DNA from: Thraustochytrium aureum
Lineage: Eukaryota
Length of the DNA stretch: 52,316 nt
Reading direction: 5' to 3'
NCBI GenBank assembly: GCA_012862495.1
Contig: BLSG01000073.1
Coordinates: forward strand, 28,437 to 80,752
Below, in pieces: positions 11,601 to 24,089 of the stretch. The notes below the pieces were generated by a model. The model ran no database searches. It had not been told where the DNA came from and worked only from the letters and a program-made list of their open reading frames with translations. Within the stretch, counting starts at the first letter, position 1. The number at the start of each line of letters is the position of its first letter. Made by a program: the position numbers and the translations under genes.

Positions 11601-14515
11601 GCCGCCCAGAAGCGCTCCGACTCGGACTACCACTCGCGTGTCAAGGCGCTTCTCGAGTCGCGGACGAACCGGAGCTTTGACACGATCGAGCTGTTGAGCC
11701 GCATGATCGCGTTTCTGCCAGCACAGAGTATCCACGAACTCCTCAAGCCGCTGCTGGAGCGCGTGGAGAACAGCACAGACATTCGCGAGCTTCGGACCGC
11801 GGAGGAAGGGCTGCGGCGCGTCGGTCTTGGCCTGGCGAGCAATCCGGACGTTCGCGTGCCACATCTTCTGGTTTATGTACACCACTTGGTCTCACAGGAT
11901 GCCCGAAAGCGCGCCTCGCACAAGCGGGCGAGGCTCACCGCCGATGAAAGCTCGGGGCGCTCTGAGGCGGGCGCGGCAGGAAGTTCTCTGTCGAACTGGG
12001 TCGTATCCGAGAGCGCGACGGAGGCCGAACGTGCAAGGGAGCGGGTGACTTCTCGCAGAGCGTATGAAGGAATCCACATTGTAGAGGAGGAGCCGCAGCT
12101 GACCGGGCGAGACAAGTTCGAAAACAAGCGGCGCAGGTCGAGCAAGCAAGTGCGGGATGCCACACGCCGCGCCAACCAACACCTCGTGGTGGAGCACGCG
12201 CTGGATCTCTTGCTTGGCGCGTCCAGGACGAAGCGCGTACGTGCGTCAGAAGCCGCACACCGGGAATTGCTCGACCCCTTCGTGCAAGTACTGGCCGATC
12301 TTGTGAAGGACGCCAAGGCCTCTCGGTCCACGGTGCTCGCCTTGCGAGTGGCAGGGCGCCTCGTGGACTGGGACCTTCCATCGATGCACAGCCGCATCGG
12401 CTCGCTCGTTNNNNNNNNNNNNNNNNNNNNNNNNNNNNNNNNNNNNNNNNNNNNNNNNNNNNNNNNNNNNNNNNNNNNNNNNNNNNNNNNNNNNNNNNNN
12501 NNNNNNNNNNNNNNNNNNNNNNNNNNNNNNNNNNNNNNNNNNNNNNNNNNNNNNNNNNNNNNNNNNNNNNNNNNNNNNNNNNNNNNNNNNNNNNNNNNNN
12601 NNNNNNNNNNNNNNNNNNNNNNNNNNNNNNNNNNNNNNNGTGCAGCTACTTTCGCCTTAATGACGAGCACGTCAAGCTGCTTGTTGTTCTCGCGCAGCAC
12701 AACGTCAACCTCGTGCACCGCCAGCAAGCGACGCTTACACTTATCCGGGCTATCGTGGGCCGCAGGCTCGTCGTCAGCGAGGTGTACGAGCTGATGGACA
12801 CCTTGTCAAAGCAAGTGTTCACGGCGGGGAGCCAGCATGTGCGCCTCACGTCGACGCAAGTCCTGGTTTCTTTTTTTGTCAACTACCCGTTGTCAACAAA
12901 GCGGCTCAGGCAGCACCTGGATCTCATCCTCGCCAATCTCGAGTTCAAGGTGGAGGAGGGGCGCGCTTCAGGGCTCAGTATGCTGCGCGCCGTGATCGAC
13001 AAGTTTCCCCTGCCTGTGCTCGAAGAGATCGCGCAGTACTGCTTCTTCCCGCTTGTGCTCCGCCTCGTCAACGACGAGTCCCCGCGGTGCCGCTCGCTCG
13101 TCGGCGCTGCTCTCAAGCGGCTCTTCGCCCGTTTGGGGGCTGGGATGGGCGAAAAGCTTGTCGGATTTGTGATGACCTGGCTCAAGGAGGGTGCGGCGGC
13201 GGCATCGGTCGAGGCTGGTGCTGCAGCGGCCGATGAGCCGGGGCGGGCCAGGGCTCGGGCGATGGAGCGCGCTGCTGTTCAGGTCGTCGGAATTGTTGGC
13301 GAGGCGCAAGCATCGCTTCATTTGCCCAAGTTGCGCGCCGAGGAGGTTCTCGGCTGCGTTGTCGCCATGCTCGAGCGCGCCGTTGTGCCGAGTCGCAAGC
13401 ACGACGAGTGGGAGTCTCGGTTCTTGGCGGAGGAGGAGGCCTTTGGCTCGGGCGAAGGTTGGCTGAGCACTTACAACGCCGTGCTGGCGTTCCACAAGCT
13501 GTGTCTGCACTGCCGTCCACTCGGCGGGTGCCTGGCCATTCTTGAGCGAGACTGCACCGGCGGCGGCTCGAAAGCGGCGGCTCGAAACGTGCTGGACCGA
13601 GTCGTGCTGCCGCTCGCGCAGTTCCACCCTCACGTTTGGGTCCGTTTGGCTACGCTGCGGCTCATCGGGCAGGCTGTCGACAGCCTGGACCCGCAGGCAG
13701 ACTTGCGTGCGGTGCCGCAGGCGCGAGCCCTGCTCGGCACTTTCGACGCGGTCATGGATCTCGCCAAGATGCACGTCGCGCTCCTCAACACTCCGGCCCT
13801 GAACGAGGAGCTCGCAGACCAGATCGTGAAGAATTTGGTTTGGGTCGTTGCCGCGCTCGTCGCGGACGAGGCGCGCACGGCCGAGCAAGGCGCAGAGAAT
13901 GGGCAAGTTGACGATGCTGCTGCTGGTGGGGCTGAAGCAGAGGGCGCCGGTGGCGATGAAGATGGCCTCGGGGCGGAAGACGGCGGAATCGAGGAGGAGG
14001 AGCGGCGCTTGGAGGTCGAGTCGGCGCGCAAGCAGGGCCTGGACTGGCTCGTCCCCCGCCTTTCGTTTACGGCAAGGTTCAAGGGCGGCGTGAGGGACAA
14101 GTACGAGCTCGCGGACTTGCGGCAGTGTGCGGTGTTCAAGATCTTTGCTGTGCTGGCGACGCAGCTCAAGGACCGCCCGAGCCGATTGGTCGCCAACCTG
14201 CGGGCGATGCTGTCCGTTCTAATTCGCGCCGGCAACCAGCCGGCAGTGACGGGAGTCACGTTTCGCGCCCCCGAGCTGGCGGGCGAGGTGCAGCAGCTGT
14301 TGGAGGAGCTCGTCGGCGCGCAAGCGTACGTGCGCGTTTTCAGCAAGGTGCAGGTCCAGCTCGAGGAGGTGCGCCAAGAGCGGAAGCGCAAGCTTGCGCA
14401 GGACCGGGTCAGCGACCCGCGCGCAGCGGCTGCGGCGCGGCTGCGGCGCAACAAGTCGACTTCCAACGCGAAGAAGCGCAAGATCCAGCACAAGCGGCAG
14501 TTCGAGGGCCGCTAG
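5682..14515 (+). CDS. UTP20: Small subunit processome component UTP20 (HEAT-repeat/DRIM protein); two N-gaps and three frame breaks (~7188, ~10048, ~10110)
   Basis: N-terminal KRYRFRTLKERV, QSLPLILHN, LAKDVQQELYP, FVRRFAAETFAPLLR; LNTWD..TFDF.RRL after frame repair; DWFTSIVHVQAYRQ; RVPVAVAIVK; LKS..DARQEAR.AL; GYQLHVRGYAIHALL; FFVNYPL; RLVNDESPRCR; basic C-terminal tail; TAG 14513-14515. About 2,900 codons, matching UTP20 size. Confidence 0.93.
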
Positions 14516-14575
14516 CCCGGCCTGGTTTCTGGCAGTGGTCGTAGAGTACTCTTTACCGCTTGCTTACTATGTTCA

Positions 14576-14590
14576 TCAATCAATCAATCA
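14576..14590. repeat. (ATCA)n short microsatellite in the UTP20 3' region
   Basis: atcaatcaatcaatc. Confidence 0.6.
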
Positions 14591-16103
14591 AAAGCTGTTG
14601 TGCTGTGCCCGCCGGCGGAGCGGCCTGCTTTCCTCGCGTGCTCATGTGTGCAGGCAGAGACCCTGACAGTTGGGCGCCGGCGGCACGCGCGGAGGGTTAC
14701 GAGGGACACGGAAGATGCGGCGGCAGAGAGAATGCAACACGAGCTCCAGTTCGTCGCCGTGTGCGTGCGGGCACCACTTGACGTGCCCTGCCGACCTGAT
14801 GATGAACGTATTCTGCCCATGCAGCGAGAAGACAAGTCTCGCCAAACTTCCGTTCATCGCGAAGATGCCCTCCGTTCCCGCCGCCGACCGAGCCGACCGC
14901 GCGGCCCAGCACGCAGAGCCCAGCCAGCCAGCGCATGCATGGGTGGCACGCACAGAATGACCGTTGAGATTCAGCCGCACCCTTGCAAGATTCGTCCTCG
15001 CGAGCGAAGGCTCTCGACCCGCGGCTGTGAGGCGGAGTATCATGCGAAGCGCGGCCGGCGCAGTAGTACGTGCGGTGGAATGCGCGTTCGAATCGAGTGA
15101 GTACCGGTACCGTCGACGCATGACGCGCTTTGCAACCTCGCCAACGGAGGAAGGCCACAGGCCGTGCCGCAAAGAGTTCCTCCGAGAGGACCAGGGAGGT
15201 TACTCCGAGTCGCGGCCAGGGCGGAGCCGGGCTGCGTCCCCTGCCCTCCTACAGAGGGCGCCCAGCGCGCCGATTGAGCTCGCTCGCACTCTCGCACAAT
15301 CTGCCTCGCGCGCGAAGAGCGGCGCGCCTCACAGCCCCACCCTACAGAGCGAATACTCCCGAGAGGGTCTATTAGTCCGAAGCCGCCCGGGGCACAACGG
15401 AGTCTTCCCTCCCGGCGCCGCTTGCCCTCACGGTCAAACGCCGCACAGGCGCAGAGCCACGCGCCGCCTCACAGGAAGAACTGCGCCGCTGCGCCGCCGC
15501 GCTCCGCGGCGGCTCGTCACCCCTGCCCCCTCCATGACGCGCGCTTCCCAGCGAGCCAGCGAGCGAAACGCACCATGCGCACAAAAACCAAACCAAAAAA
15601 AAACGATTACTAAAATCAAAAAAGCGCGACGACAGGCGTTTGGGCGGATTCAAGTGTTCGTGCCGCTCCTCCCAGCGCCTCTGCCCTCCCTTCCTCCTCC
15701 CCTCTGCCTCCCTGCCCCTCCCTGCCCCGCGTCACAGCCTGAGCCGCCTCTCGTCCAGCCGGCACAAGAAAACCCGTTCCTTCCCTTTCGCGGAGCGCGA
15801 AAACCACGAACGAAATGAATTGCGGCCCTCCCGGTTGCAACAGTTCAGCAGAACCGTGACTGCAGAGAACGCGCGCGAGAGACACAGAGGGAGCGCGACA
15901 GAGCGCGTGAGAGGCGCTCTGCTTGCGCCGAGTGCTCTTACCCCCTCCCTCCTCCCTCCCCTCTCCCATGAGCAGGAGGCGGTCCTACTGTAAAACTCCG
16001 TAGGTAGTAGTAGGGTAAGGTACTACTAGCTTAGAACTCTAGCTAGTACTACTCTGCTTACTGTGAGAGCGGGAGAAAGAGACAATGAGACAGAGGCGGG
16101 GAC

Positions 16104-16370
16104 AGAGAGAGAGAGAGAGAGAGAGAGAAAAGAGAGAGGCAGAGACGCAGAGTGACAGGAATGCAAATGTGATGTGGGAAGTCAGCAGACACCGAACGAG
16201 CCGAAGCGCCCGCCAGCCCGCCAGGCGCGCGAGCGAGCGAGCAGCATCGGCAGGCAGGCAGGCAGGCAGGCAGGCGCGCAGGCAGGCAGGACGCGAGGAA
16301 GGCAGGCAGGACGCGAGGCAGGACGCGAGGCAGGACGCGAGGAAGGCAGGCAGGACGCGAGGCAGGACGG
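16104..16370. repeat. Low-complexity block: (GA)n, (GCAG)n and 12-bp CAGGACGCGAGG tandem units
   Basis: (GA)n at ~16104-16138; gcaggcagg and caggacgcgagg units at 16249-16370. Confidence 0.85.
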
Positions 16371-17371
16371 CCCGCGGGGGCGTGGCGAGGCTCGCGAGGG
16401 CTGGTTTTTTGGGCCTGGTGCTGGGCGGTAGTTAGTTGGGCCTCCGCGCGAGAAAGGGAGGAAGGGACNNNNNNNNNNNNNNNNNNNNNNNNNNNNNNNN
16501 NNNNNNNNNNNNNNNNNNNNNNNNNNNNNNNNNNNNNNNNNNNNNNNNNNNNNNNNNNNNNNNNNNNNNNNNNNNNNNNNNNNNNNNNNNNNNNNNNNNN
16601 NNNNNNNNNNNNNNNNNNNNNNNNNNNNNNNNNNNNNNNNNNNNNNNNNNNNNNNNNNNNNNNNNNNNNNNNNNNNNNNNNNNNNNNNNNNNNNNNNNNN
16701 NNNNNNNNNNNNNNNNNNNNNNNNNNNNNNNNNNNNNNNNNNNNNNNNNNNNNNNNNNNNNNNNNNNNNNNNNNNNNNNNNNNNNNNNNNNNNNNNNNNN
16801 NNNNNNNNNNNNNNNNNNNNNNNNNNNNNNNNNNNNNNNNNNNNNNNNNNNNNNNNNNNNNNNNNNNNNNNNNNNNNNNNNNNNNNNNNNNNNNNNNNNN
16901 NNNNNNNNNNNNNNNNNNNNNNNNNNNNNNNNNNNNNNNNNNNNNNNNNNNNNNNNNNNNNNNNNNNNNNNNNNNNNNNNNNNNNNNNNNNNNNNNNNNN
17001 NNNNNNNNNNNNNNNNNNNNNNNNNNNNNNNNNNNNNNNNNNNNNNNNNNNNNNNNNNNNNNNNNNNNNNNNNNNNNNNNNNNNNNNNNNNNNNNNNNNN
17101 NNNNNNNNNNNNNNNNNNNNNNNNNNNNNNNNNNNNNNNNNNNNNNNNNNNNNNNNNNNNNNNNNNNNNNNNNNNNNNNNNNNNNNNNNNNNNNNNNNNN
17201 NNNNNNNNNNNNNNNNNNNNNNNNNNNNNNNNNNNNNNNNNNNNNNNNNNNNNNNNNNNNNNNNNNNNNNNNNNNNNNNNNNNNNNNNNNNNNNNNNNNN
17301 NNNNNNNNNNNNNNNNNNNNNNNNNNNNNNNNNNNNNNNNNNNNNNNNNNNNNNNNNNNNNNNNNNNNNNN

Positions 17372-17601
17372 CGAGCGAGGCCGCCGCCAAGAGGCGGCAA
17401 AAGTACTGCGTTCACGTGCGCCTCATCGACTTTGCCAAGACGGAGCGACACAAGACTGGGACATCATATGACAAGGGCATGGTGTATGGTCTTAGCAACC
17501 TGCGCAAGCTTTTCTCCAAGATTCTGCTTGACGCGCCTTGCGCTACTCTTTCTCGGTCAGTCTCGGTGTCGTCCTTTACGGTGGACCCTGAGGGTATCTG
17601 A
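17372..17601 (+). CDS. Inositol polyphosphate kinase (IPK/IPMK/IP6K family), C-terminal fragment; 5' part presumably in the N-gap 16469-17371
   Basis: VHVRLIDFAKT...YDKGMVYGLSNLRKLF matches the IPK C-terminal IDFA and D.G...GL.NL signatures; TGA 17599-17601. Confidence 0.8.
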
Positions 17602-17837
17602 GCGATGGCTTCCGAGCGCCGTTTTTTGTAGTACTGTACTTCGTGTCAGGAGCATGGCGAGCCCGTTCCTCCTGTGGCCCAGGGCGTTCGGCATGCGAAG
17701 TATGTCGTTTCGTGACTCGGCGTTCTGTGGTGTGACAAACTCGGCGACAAGTCAAGTTGTCGCTGTTTGTCTCTAGAGGAGGTCGAGCCTGGAACTGTTG
17801 ATCGCACTTGTAGGCGCGATCGCTTCGCGCAAAGGAA

Positions 17838-18410
17838 GGAAGAGCAGCACGGACGAAGTGGTNNNNNNNNNNNNNNNNNNNNNNNNNNNNNNNNNNNNNN
17901 NNNNNNNNNNNNNNNNNNNNNNNNNNNNNNNNNNNNNNNNNNNNNNNNNNNNNNNNNNNNNNNNNNNNNNNNNNNNNNNNNNNNNNNNNNNNNNNNNNNN
18001 NNNNNNNNNNNNNNNNNNNNNNNNNNNNNNNNNNNNNNNNNNNNNNNNNNNNNNNNNNNNNNNNNNNNNNNNNNNNNNNNNNNNNNNNNNNNNNNNNNNN
18101 NNNNNNNNNNNNNNNNNNNNNNNNNNNNNNNNNNNNNNNNNNNNNNNNNNNNNNNNNNNNNNNNNNNNNNNNNNNNNNNNNNNNNNNNNNNNNNNNNNNN
18201 NNNNNNNNNNNNNNNNNNNNNNNNNNNNNNNNNNNNNNNNNNNNNNNNNNNNNNNNNNNNNNNNNNNNNNNNNNNNNNNNNNNNNNNNNNNNNNNNNNNN
18301 NNNNNNNNNNNNNNNNNNNNNNNNNNNNNNNNNNNNNNNNNNNNNNNNNNNNNNNNNNNNNTTGGAAGAGCAGCACGGACGAAGTGGTGTCTTTTTGTGG
18401 AGGTTGGAAG
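17838..18410. repeat. Probable 42-bp minisatellite collapsed into the N-gap 17863-18361
   Basis: The 25-mer GGAAGAGCAGCACGGACGAAGTGGT flanks both sides of the gap (17838-17862 and 18364-18388). On the right side TTGGAAG recurs 42 bp apart (18362, 18404). Confidence 0.6.
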
Positions 18411-18830
18411 GCAATCAAGGCTGCTCGGCTCGCAAGCCGGCTTGTTGTGGGATCTGTGGCGACTGTTCGTTCGCTCGCTCGACACACCAGGCAATGTATA
18501 CAGTCAGGCCCGGAGCGGGCCTTTTAGCGCTTCTTAGTTGTTTTTCAATTGACACACACTGTTTGCCAACTTGACGGAGCGCTTGCTCCGGCCCAATCCC
18601 CGCGCGCGCGTCTGGGCTGCTTGCTGGCTAGGTGCTAGCGACAGCGAAGAACAGCCAGCAGGCACCTACAGGCTGCGCTGTTCATGAAAAAAACAGTTGG
18701 ACGGATCGAAAAGCACGGCAGAGGTGAATCTCCTTCAAAGTCTTGCTGGCCCAGGGCAGGAACGCCTGCGCACCCGAGCACAGCCTACAGCCGAGCAGCA
18801 CGACGCGGCGACCTTCCCGCGCGCGGAGCA

Positions 18831-21800
18831 CTACGAGATGCTGATCTTCACACCCATGGCTGCAAGCTCGTTCACGAGGTAACGCAAGACGTACGGGACG
18901 GTCATCGCGTACCACCTGTCCGAGCGCCCGCATATCCGGCAACTGAATCGCGCCCGCTCGCGCAACTCGAGGTGGTCCTTCTCCGCATCCTCAGCGACCG
19001 CGGAAGTGTCCAGGAAACCCTGTTCCAACCGGCGCCTCTCCATAGCCGAGTGCGCGCCAACCCCAAGCGCATCACGCGCATCGGTAGACCCCGCGTCCGT
19101 CCCCGAAGCAGCGGCCTCTCGCGCCTTGTGCACGCCCAGAATCGAACCGCAACAAACGTATGCAACGTGACGGTCGGAGCAGTTGAGGAGGCGGTCGCGC
19201 ATCAAGAAGGAGGTGCCGTGAGCAAGCAACGAGTCGCGCTCCATCTCGCCGAACCGCACACCGCCCATACGCTTGCGGCCTTGCACTGGCTGCCTCGTGA
19301 CGGGGTCGATTGGTCCCAAGCTGCGCACCTGCGACTTGTCGGAAACCATGTGGCGGAGGCGCTGGTAGTACACGACGCCAATGTAAATGTCCGCCTTCAG
19401 CTCGGTCCCTTGCAGCCCGCTGTACAGCGGCTCGGAGCCATAGTAGTTGTACCCCGCCGCGCGGAGCTGGTCGCCAAAGTAGTCCACAGCGGTTTCGCCC
19501 TCGCGGTCGCCCTGCATCGTGAACGGGGTCGAGTCTTGGTAGACGCCGTGCAGCGCGCCGGCCTTGCCGGCCATCGACTCTATCAACATTCCAATGGTCA
19601 TTCGACTCGGGAACGCGTGCGGGTTGATAATAACATCCGGCGTCATCCCGCTCTCCGTAAAGGGCATGTCCTCTTGCGGCCACAGAATGGAGAGCACGCC
19701 CTTCTGGCCGTGCCGACTGGAAAACTTGTCGCCAACTACCGGATTGCGGTTGTACCGGAACGTGATGCAAACCTGCCGGACCGCAGAGTGGAACTTGCCT
19801 GTGGGAAACCCCACGCACCGGACCTGGTCGACGATGCACGGCTCCGCGTCTTTGTGCTTTTCAATTCGCACAGTGCCCGTCTCCTGGTCCACCATTGCGG
19901 CGATCGGGGTGCCTGCTCGGATCTTGTCGCCGACCCTTGGCAAACCGTCCAGGCCGAGGGCAGGCGAGATCAGCGTCCCCGCCTTGGGGTGGCCCGGCGG
20001 GTGGACGTTGCTGAAGCCATATTCTCCGTTTGCTTCGAGTCCNNNNNNNNNNNNNNNNNNNNNNNNNNNNNNNNNNNNNNNNNNNNNNNNNNNNNNNNNN
20101 NNNNNNNNNNNNNNNNNNNNNNNNNNNNNNNNNNNNNNNNNNNNNNNNNNNNNNNNNNNNNNNNNNNNNNNNNNNNNNNNNNNNNNNNNNNNNNNNNNNN
20201 NNNNNNNNNNNNNNNNNNNNNNNNNNNNNNNNNNNNNNNNNNNNNNNNNNNNNNNNNNNNNNNNNNNNNNNNNNNNNNNNNNNNNNNNNNNNNNNNNNNN
20301 NNNNNNNNNNNNNNNNNNNNNNNNNNNNNNNNNNNNNNNNNNNNNNNNNNNNNNNNNNNNNNNNNNNNNNNNNNNNNNNNNNNNNNNNNNNNNTACGACG
20401 ACTTGTTGAGGATCATCGCATCTTCCATGTCGTACCCGGTGTACGAAATGACAGCCACAATGGCGTTCGTGCCGTTCGGGTACTCGTCCATGGAGAAGAC
20501 CTCCTGGGCCACGTTCTGGACGAGGGGCGCCTGAGGGGTCTGGATCCTGTACAGCTTGTTGTCTGTCCTGAACCGCAGGTTATGCACGGGGGTCCCCATT
20601 GTCTGCTTGCCCATCTGGCACTGGTACATGTTGCGCGGGCTCTGGTTAAAGTCGCTGAAAGGGGTCAGCGAGGCGATCAGGCTCAGCATCGAAGTGGGCC
20701 AGATCTCGCAGTGCGTGTCTGTCCCGAGGCGCACTTCCTCTGGCCGCACCGCCACCTCCAAGAAGGTCTGCGCCATCGGACCCACGAGCTCGACAAGCCC
20801 GCTCTCAAGGTGCACCACAGGGCGCACCATGCGGCCCGCCCCGGTGAAGAGGTACAGGCCGGGGAAGGCGCCCCCGCGCGACGACTCGGGCACAAAGCAG
20901 ACCTCCATGGTCGCAGAGTAGTGCCCGTGCGGGTCGTTCATCAGGTCTTGCAACGCGCGAGCGGTCTGAAAGTAGTGCTGGCGCCCCTTCAGCTCGGCAG
21001 CGTCAACACGCAGGGCGTGGGCCTTTGCGCGGCGCAGCCGTGGCACGACCGTCTTGGCCAAGAGGTCGCCAGGAGCGTGGCCGACGACGCGGCCATCAAC
21101 CATGACGGGCAGGAAGTAGAACGGGGGGACAATTCCGGCAGCGCGCGGGCCTGCTGGCGTCACGCCCCACTCAATCAGCGTCTTGATCAGTTGCGCAAGC
21201 GCGGAGAGGAGCGAGCTCGCCGACTGTGCCGAGACAAGGGTCGGTGTGAGAGAGGCCGCAGTTGATGTTCCCGACCCGAGCGAGCGCGACTTCTTCTTCC
21301 GCTTCTTCTTCACCGCACTCGTGTCCCCGCCTGCCGCGGCGGCTGCAATGGCCGCCTCGGAGTAACCAGCCAGAGACTCTCCGCCGCGCGGGTGGTGCGT
21401 CACGACAGTGCACATGCTCGCAAGGTGGTTGAGCAGACCGCACGGGGTCCCGTCGGGGGTGTGGACAGGGCACAGAAAGCCCCAAGACTCTGGCAGCAGC
21501 TTGCGAACCGCGGTGGTCTTCATCGTAGTGAAGAACTGCCCGCGGTGCACCGCGCGAAAGTGGCTCAGGAACCGGTACCTGTTGAGCTTTTCGGCAACCA
21601 CCGTGAACCCGGCTGTCTGCATCAGGTCCAGCCCGCTCTCGCTGACCACGTTGCCGGTCGCGAGAAAGTAGAAGAGCTTCTTGCCCACGTCGGCCGAGCG
21701 CTCCAGAACCTTTCGCAGGATCTTCGGGTCGCCGTTCGCGGCCGCCTCCCTGTCCGTCAGCTTGCGCGCCAAGTTGTACTCGCGCAGCAAGCCGGCGCGA

Positions 21801-23228
21801 AGCCCGACGAGGTACATGTCGAGCCGCTCCTTCAGGATGGCTCCATACAAGTGGCCCCCGAGCAAAAGCTCGTGGTTGCTGAGCGCGTCAGCGTCGTCGG
21901 CGCCAACACGGCCGCTCACAAAGGCGTATAGCTTGCGCAGCATTTCTACGAGGAGGTTGAACTTTTTCCAAGTTGACCTGCTCGTCGCTCATCGCGCCTC
22001 GCAGGCGCGCCTGGGCCGAGCCGGTAGACCCGGCCGGGACCTGGTCCACCGAGTGGTTGTTGAGATGGACAAAGATGTGCTTGCGCAGGAACACGCGGCC
22101 GGCGTCTTCGTTGCTCATGTCGCTCGAGCAGTCCTGCAGGATGTTGCGGAACTGCGATCCCAAGTACGTGATGCACTGCTCCGAGGTGAAGAGCTGCAAG
22201 TCCGCGACTTGGCGCAGCGACAGCTCGACGCGGTCCGAGATAAAAGTATCGCCGTCCAGATGCGCGCCACGCAGAACGCTCGTGTAGATCTCCTGGTCGC
22301 TCGCCATCGGGGCCTTGAGCGCTTTCAGGAGGAGCATCACGGGGATAAAGTACTCGGCCTTGCGGATCCCCACGCGTACCTTGGCAGTGCCGTCGCGCAG
22401 GTAGTGCAAACTTACGCTCATGCCAGTTTGGTCCGGGCCCACGCACCGCATGGTCACCGCCTTGTCGGTGAAAATGCGCCCGCGGTTCTCGAACGCGCTA
22501 CGGACGATGGCCATGATGTGGTTGCGCCGGGGGATCTGCAGCATGCGCACCACGCGCTCGATCCCGTTGCAAATAAAGTATCCGCCAAACTCCGTGGCGT
22601 CCTCTTTGCGACGGACCATGTCGCGCGGCGAAGACTCGCACAGGTTGCAAAGCGTGCTGCCTACCATGACAGGCACAGTCCCGAGCAGCCGGCTGATGCG
22701 CTCGACCCCGCTTGGGGTGTCAAAGCACACTGTGGCCGTCATCCGTGCCCCGTAGCTGGTGTGCAACTCGCGGCACTCGGCGGGGTACTGCAGCGTTCCT
22801 ACCGGCCCGGTGCCGTCCGCGCGCATCGGCTTGTGCAGTCGAACGTCCTCGAGCCAGATGCGGGTCCGTCGCCCCCCGTCGAATTCTGCGGTCTTGGGCA
22901 AGATGTCGTTGAGCGCGTACCGCAGCCCATCGCCGACCGCGAAGTTGAACGCATCGACGTGCGGGGCGGCGATCTCTTTCAGGAATTTCACCTTTTTCAC
23001 GTCAGGGAGTGGGTCATTCGTTGAGCTAGGGCTCGTCTTCGGAAGCCGCGATGCAAACCGCTGCTCCTCGAGCGCTTTCGCGCTCTTCCGCTTGACGTTC
23101 TTCGCGCGCTCCCTGCTTTCCCTCGCAAGAGATGGAGTCGGCCTCAGCGCGCTGCCCCTTCGTTCGCCTTCCGCCGCAGCGCCCGTCGGCGTGCCTGGCT
23201 GTCCCGACTGCCCCGCCTTCGGGGCCAT
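18831..23228 (-). CDS. RPA2: DNA-directed RNA polymerase I second-largest subunit (RPA2/RPA135/POLR1B); one N-gap, one frame break at ~21965
   Basis: PHVDAFN, YPAECRE, GGYFICNGIERVVRMLQIPRRN, FLSHFRAVHRGQFF, RKLLPESWGFLCPVHTPDG, FSDFNQSPRNMYQCQMGKQ, YTGYDMEDAM, GDKFSSRHGQKG, NPHAFPSRMTIGML, YQRLRHMVSDK, GGVRFGEMERD and ELAAM are all Pol I-type. ATG at 23228, TAG at 18831-18833. Confidence 0.97.
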
Positions 23229-24089
23229 TCCTTCCCCGCAACACTCGCGCCCACGCGCTCGCGCCCACGGGCTTGGCAGCTCCTTCACCTGCGCTCCGCA
23301 CGGCTGTTCCTGGGCGCCTGCCTTGGCGCCTGCCTGGTCGCCGCCAACTAGCCCCCCCGCTCACGCCTTCACCTGCTGCTNNNNNNNNNNNNNNNNNNNN
23401 NNNNNNNNNNNNNNNNNNNNNNNNNNNNNNNNNNNNNNNNNNNNNNNNNNNNNNNNNNNNNNNNNNNNNNNNNNNNNNNNNNNNNNNNNNNNNNNNNNNN
23501 NNNNNNNNNNNNNNNNNNNNNNNNNNNNNNNNNNNNNNNNNNNNNNNNNNNNNNNNNNNNNNNNNNNNNNNNNNNNNNNNNNNNNNNNNNNNNNNNNNNN
23601 NNNNNNNNNNNNNNNNNNNNNNNNNNNNNNNNNNNNNNNNNNNNNNNNNNNNNNNNNNNNNNNNNNNNNNNNNNNNNNNNNNNNNNNNNNNNNNNNNNNN
23701 NNNNNNNNNNNNNNNNNNNNNNNNNNNNNNNNNNNNNNNNNNNNNNNNNNNNNNNNNNNNNNNNNNNNNNNNNNNNNNNNNNNNNNNNNNNNNNNNNNNN
23801 NNNNNNNNNNNNNNNNNNNNNNNNNNNNNNNNNNNNNNNNNNNNNNNNNNNNNNNNNNNNNNNNNNNNNNNNNNNNNNNNNNNNNNNNNNNNNNNNNNNN
23901 NNNNNNNNNNNNNNNNNNNNNNNNNNNNNNNNNNNNNNNNNNNNNNNNNNNNNNNNNNNNNNNNNNNNNNNNNNNNNNNNNNNNNNNNNNNNNNNNNNNN
24001 NNNNNNNNNNNNNNNNNNNNNNNNNNNNNNNNNNNNNNNNNNNNNNNNNNNNNNNNNNNNNNNNNNNNNNNNNNNNNNNNNNNNNNNNN

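Noticed and set aside
21955..21975. Euplotes-type +1 programmed frameshift in RPA2 at GAA AAA
   Set aside because: No stop codon follows the AAA. One extra A in an A5 run explains it (LEKFNLLVEMLRKL).
18684..23024. Long + strand ORFs antisense to RPA2 (and similar ones opposite UTP20 and SND1)
   Set aside because: These are shadow ORFs expected from high GC3 codon usage, with no recognisable motifs.
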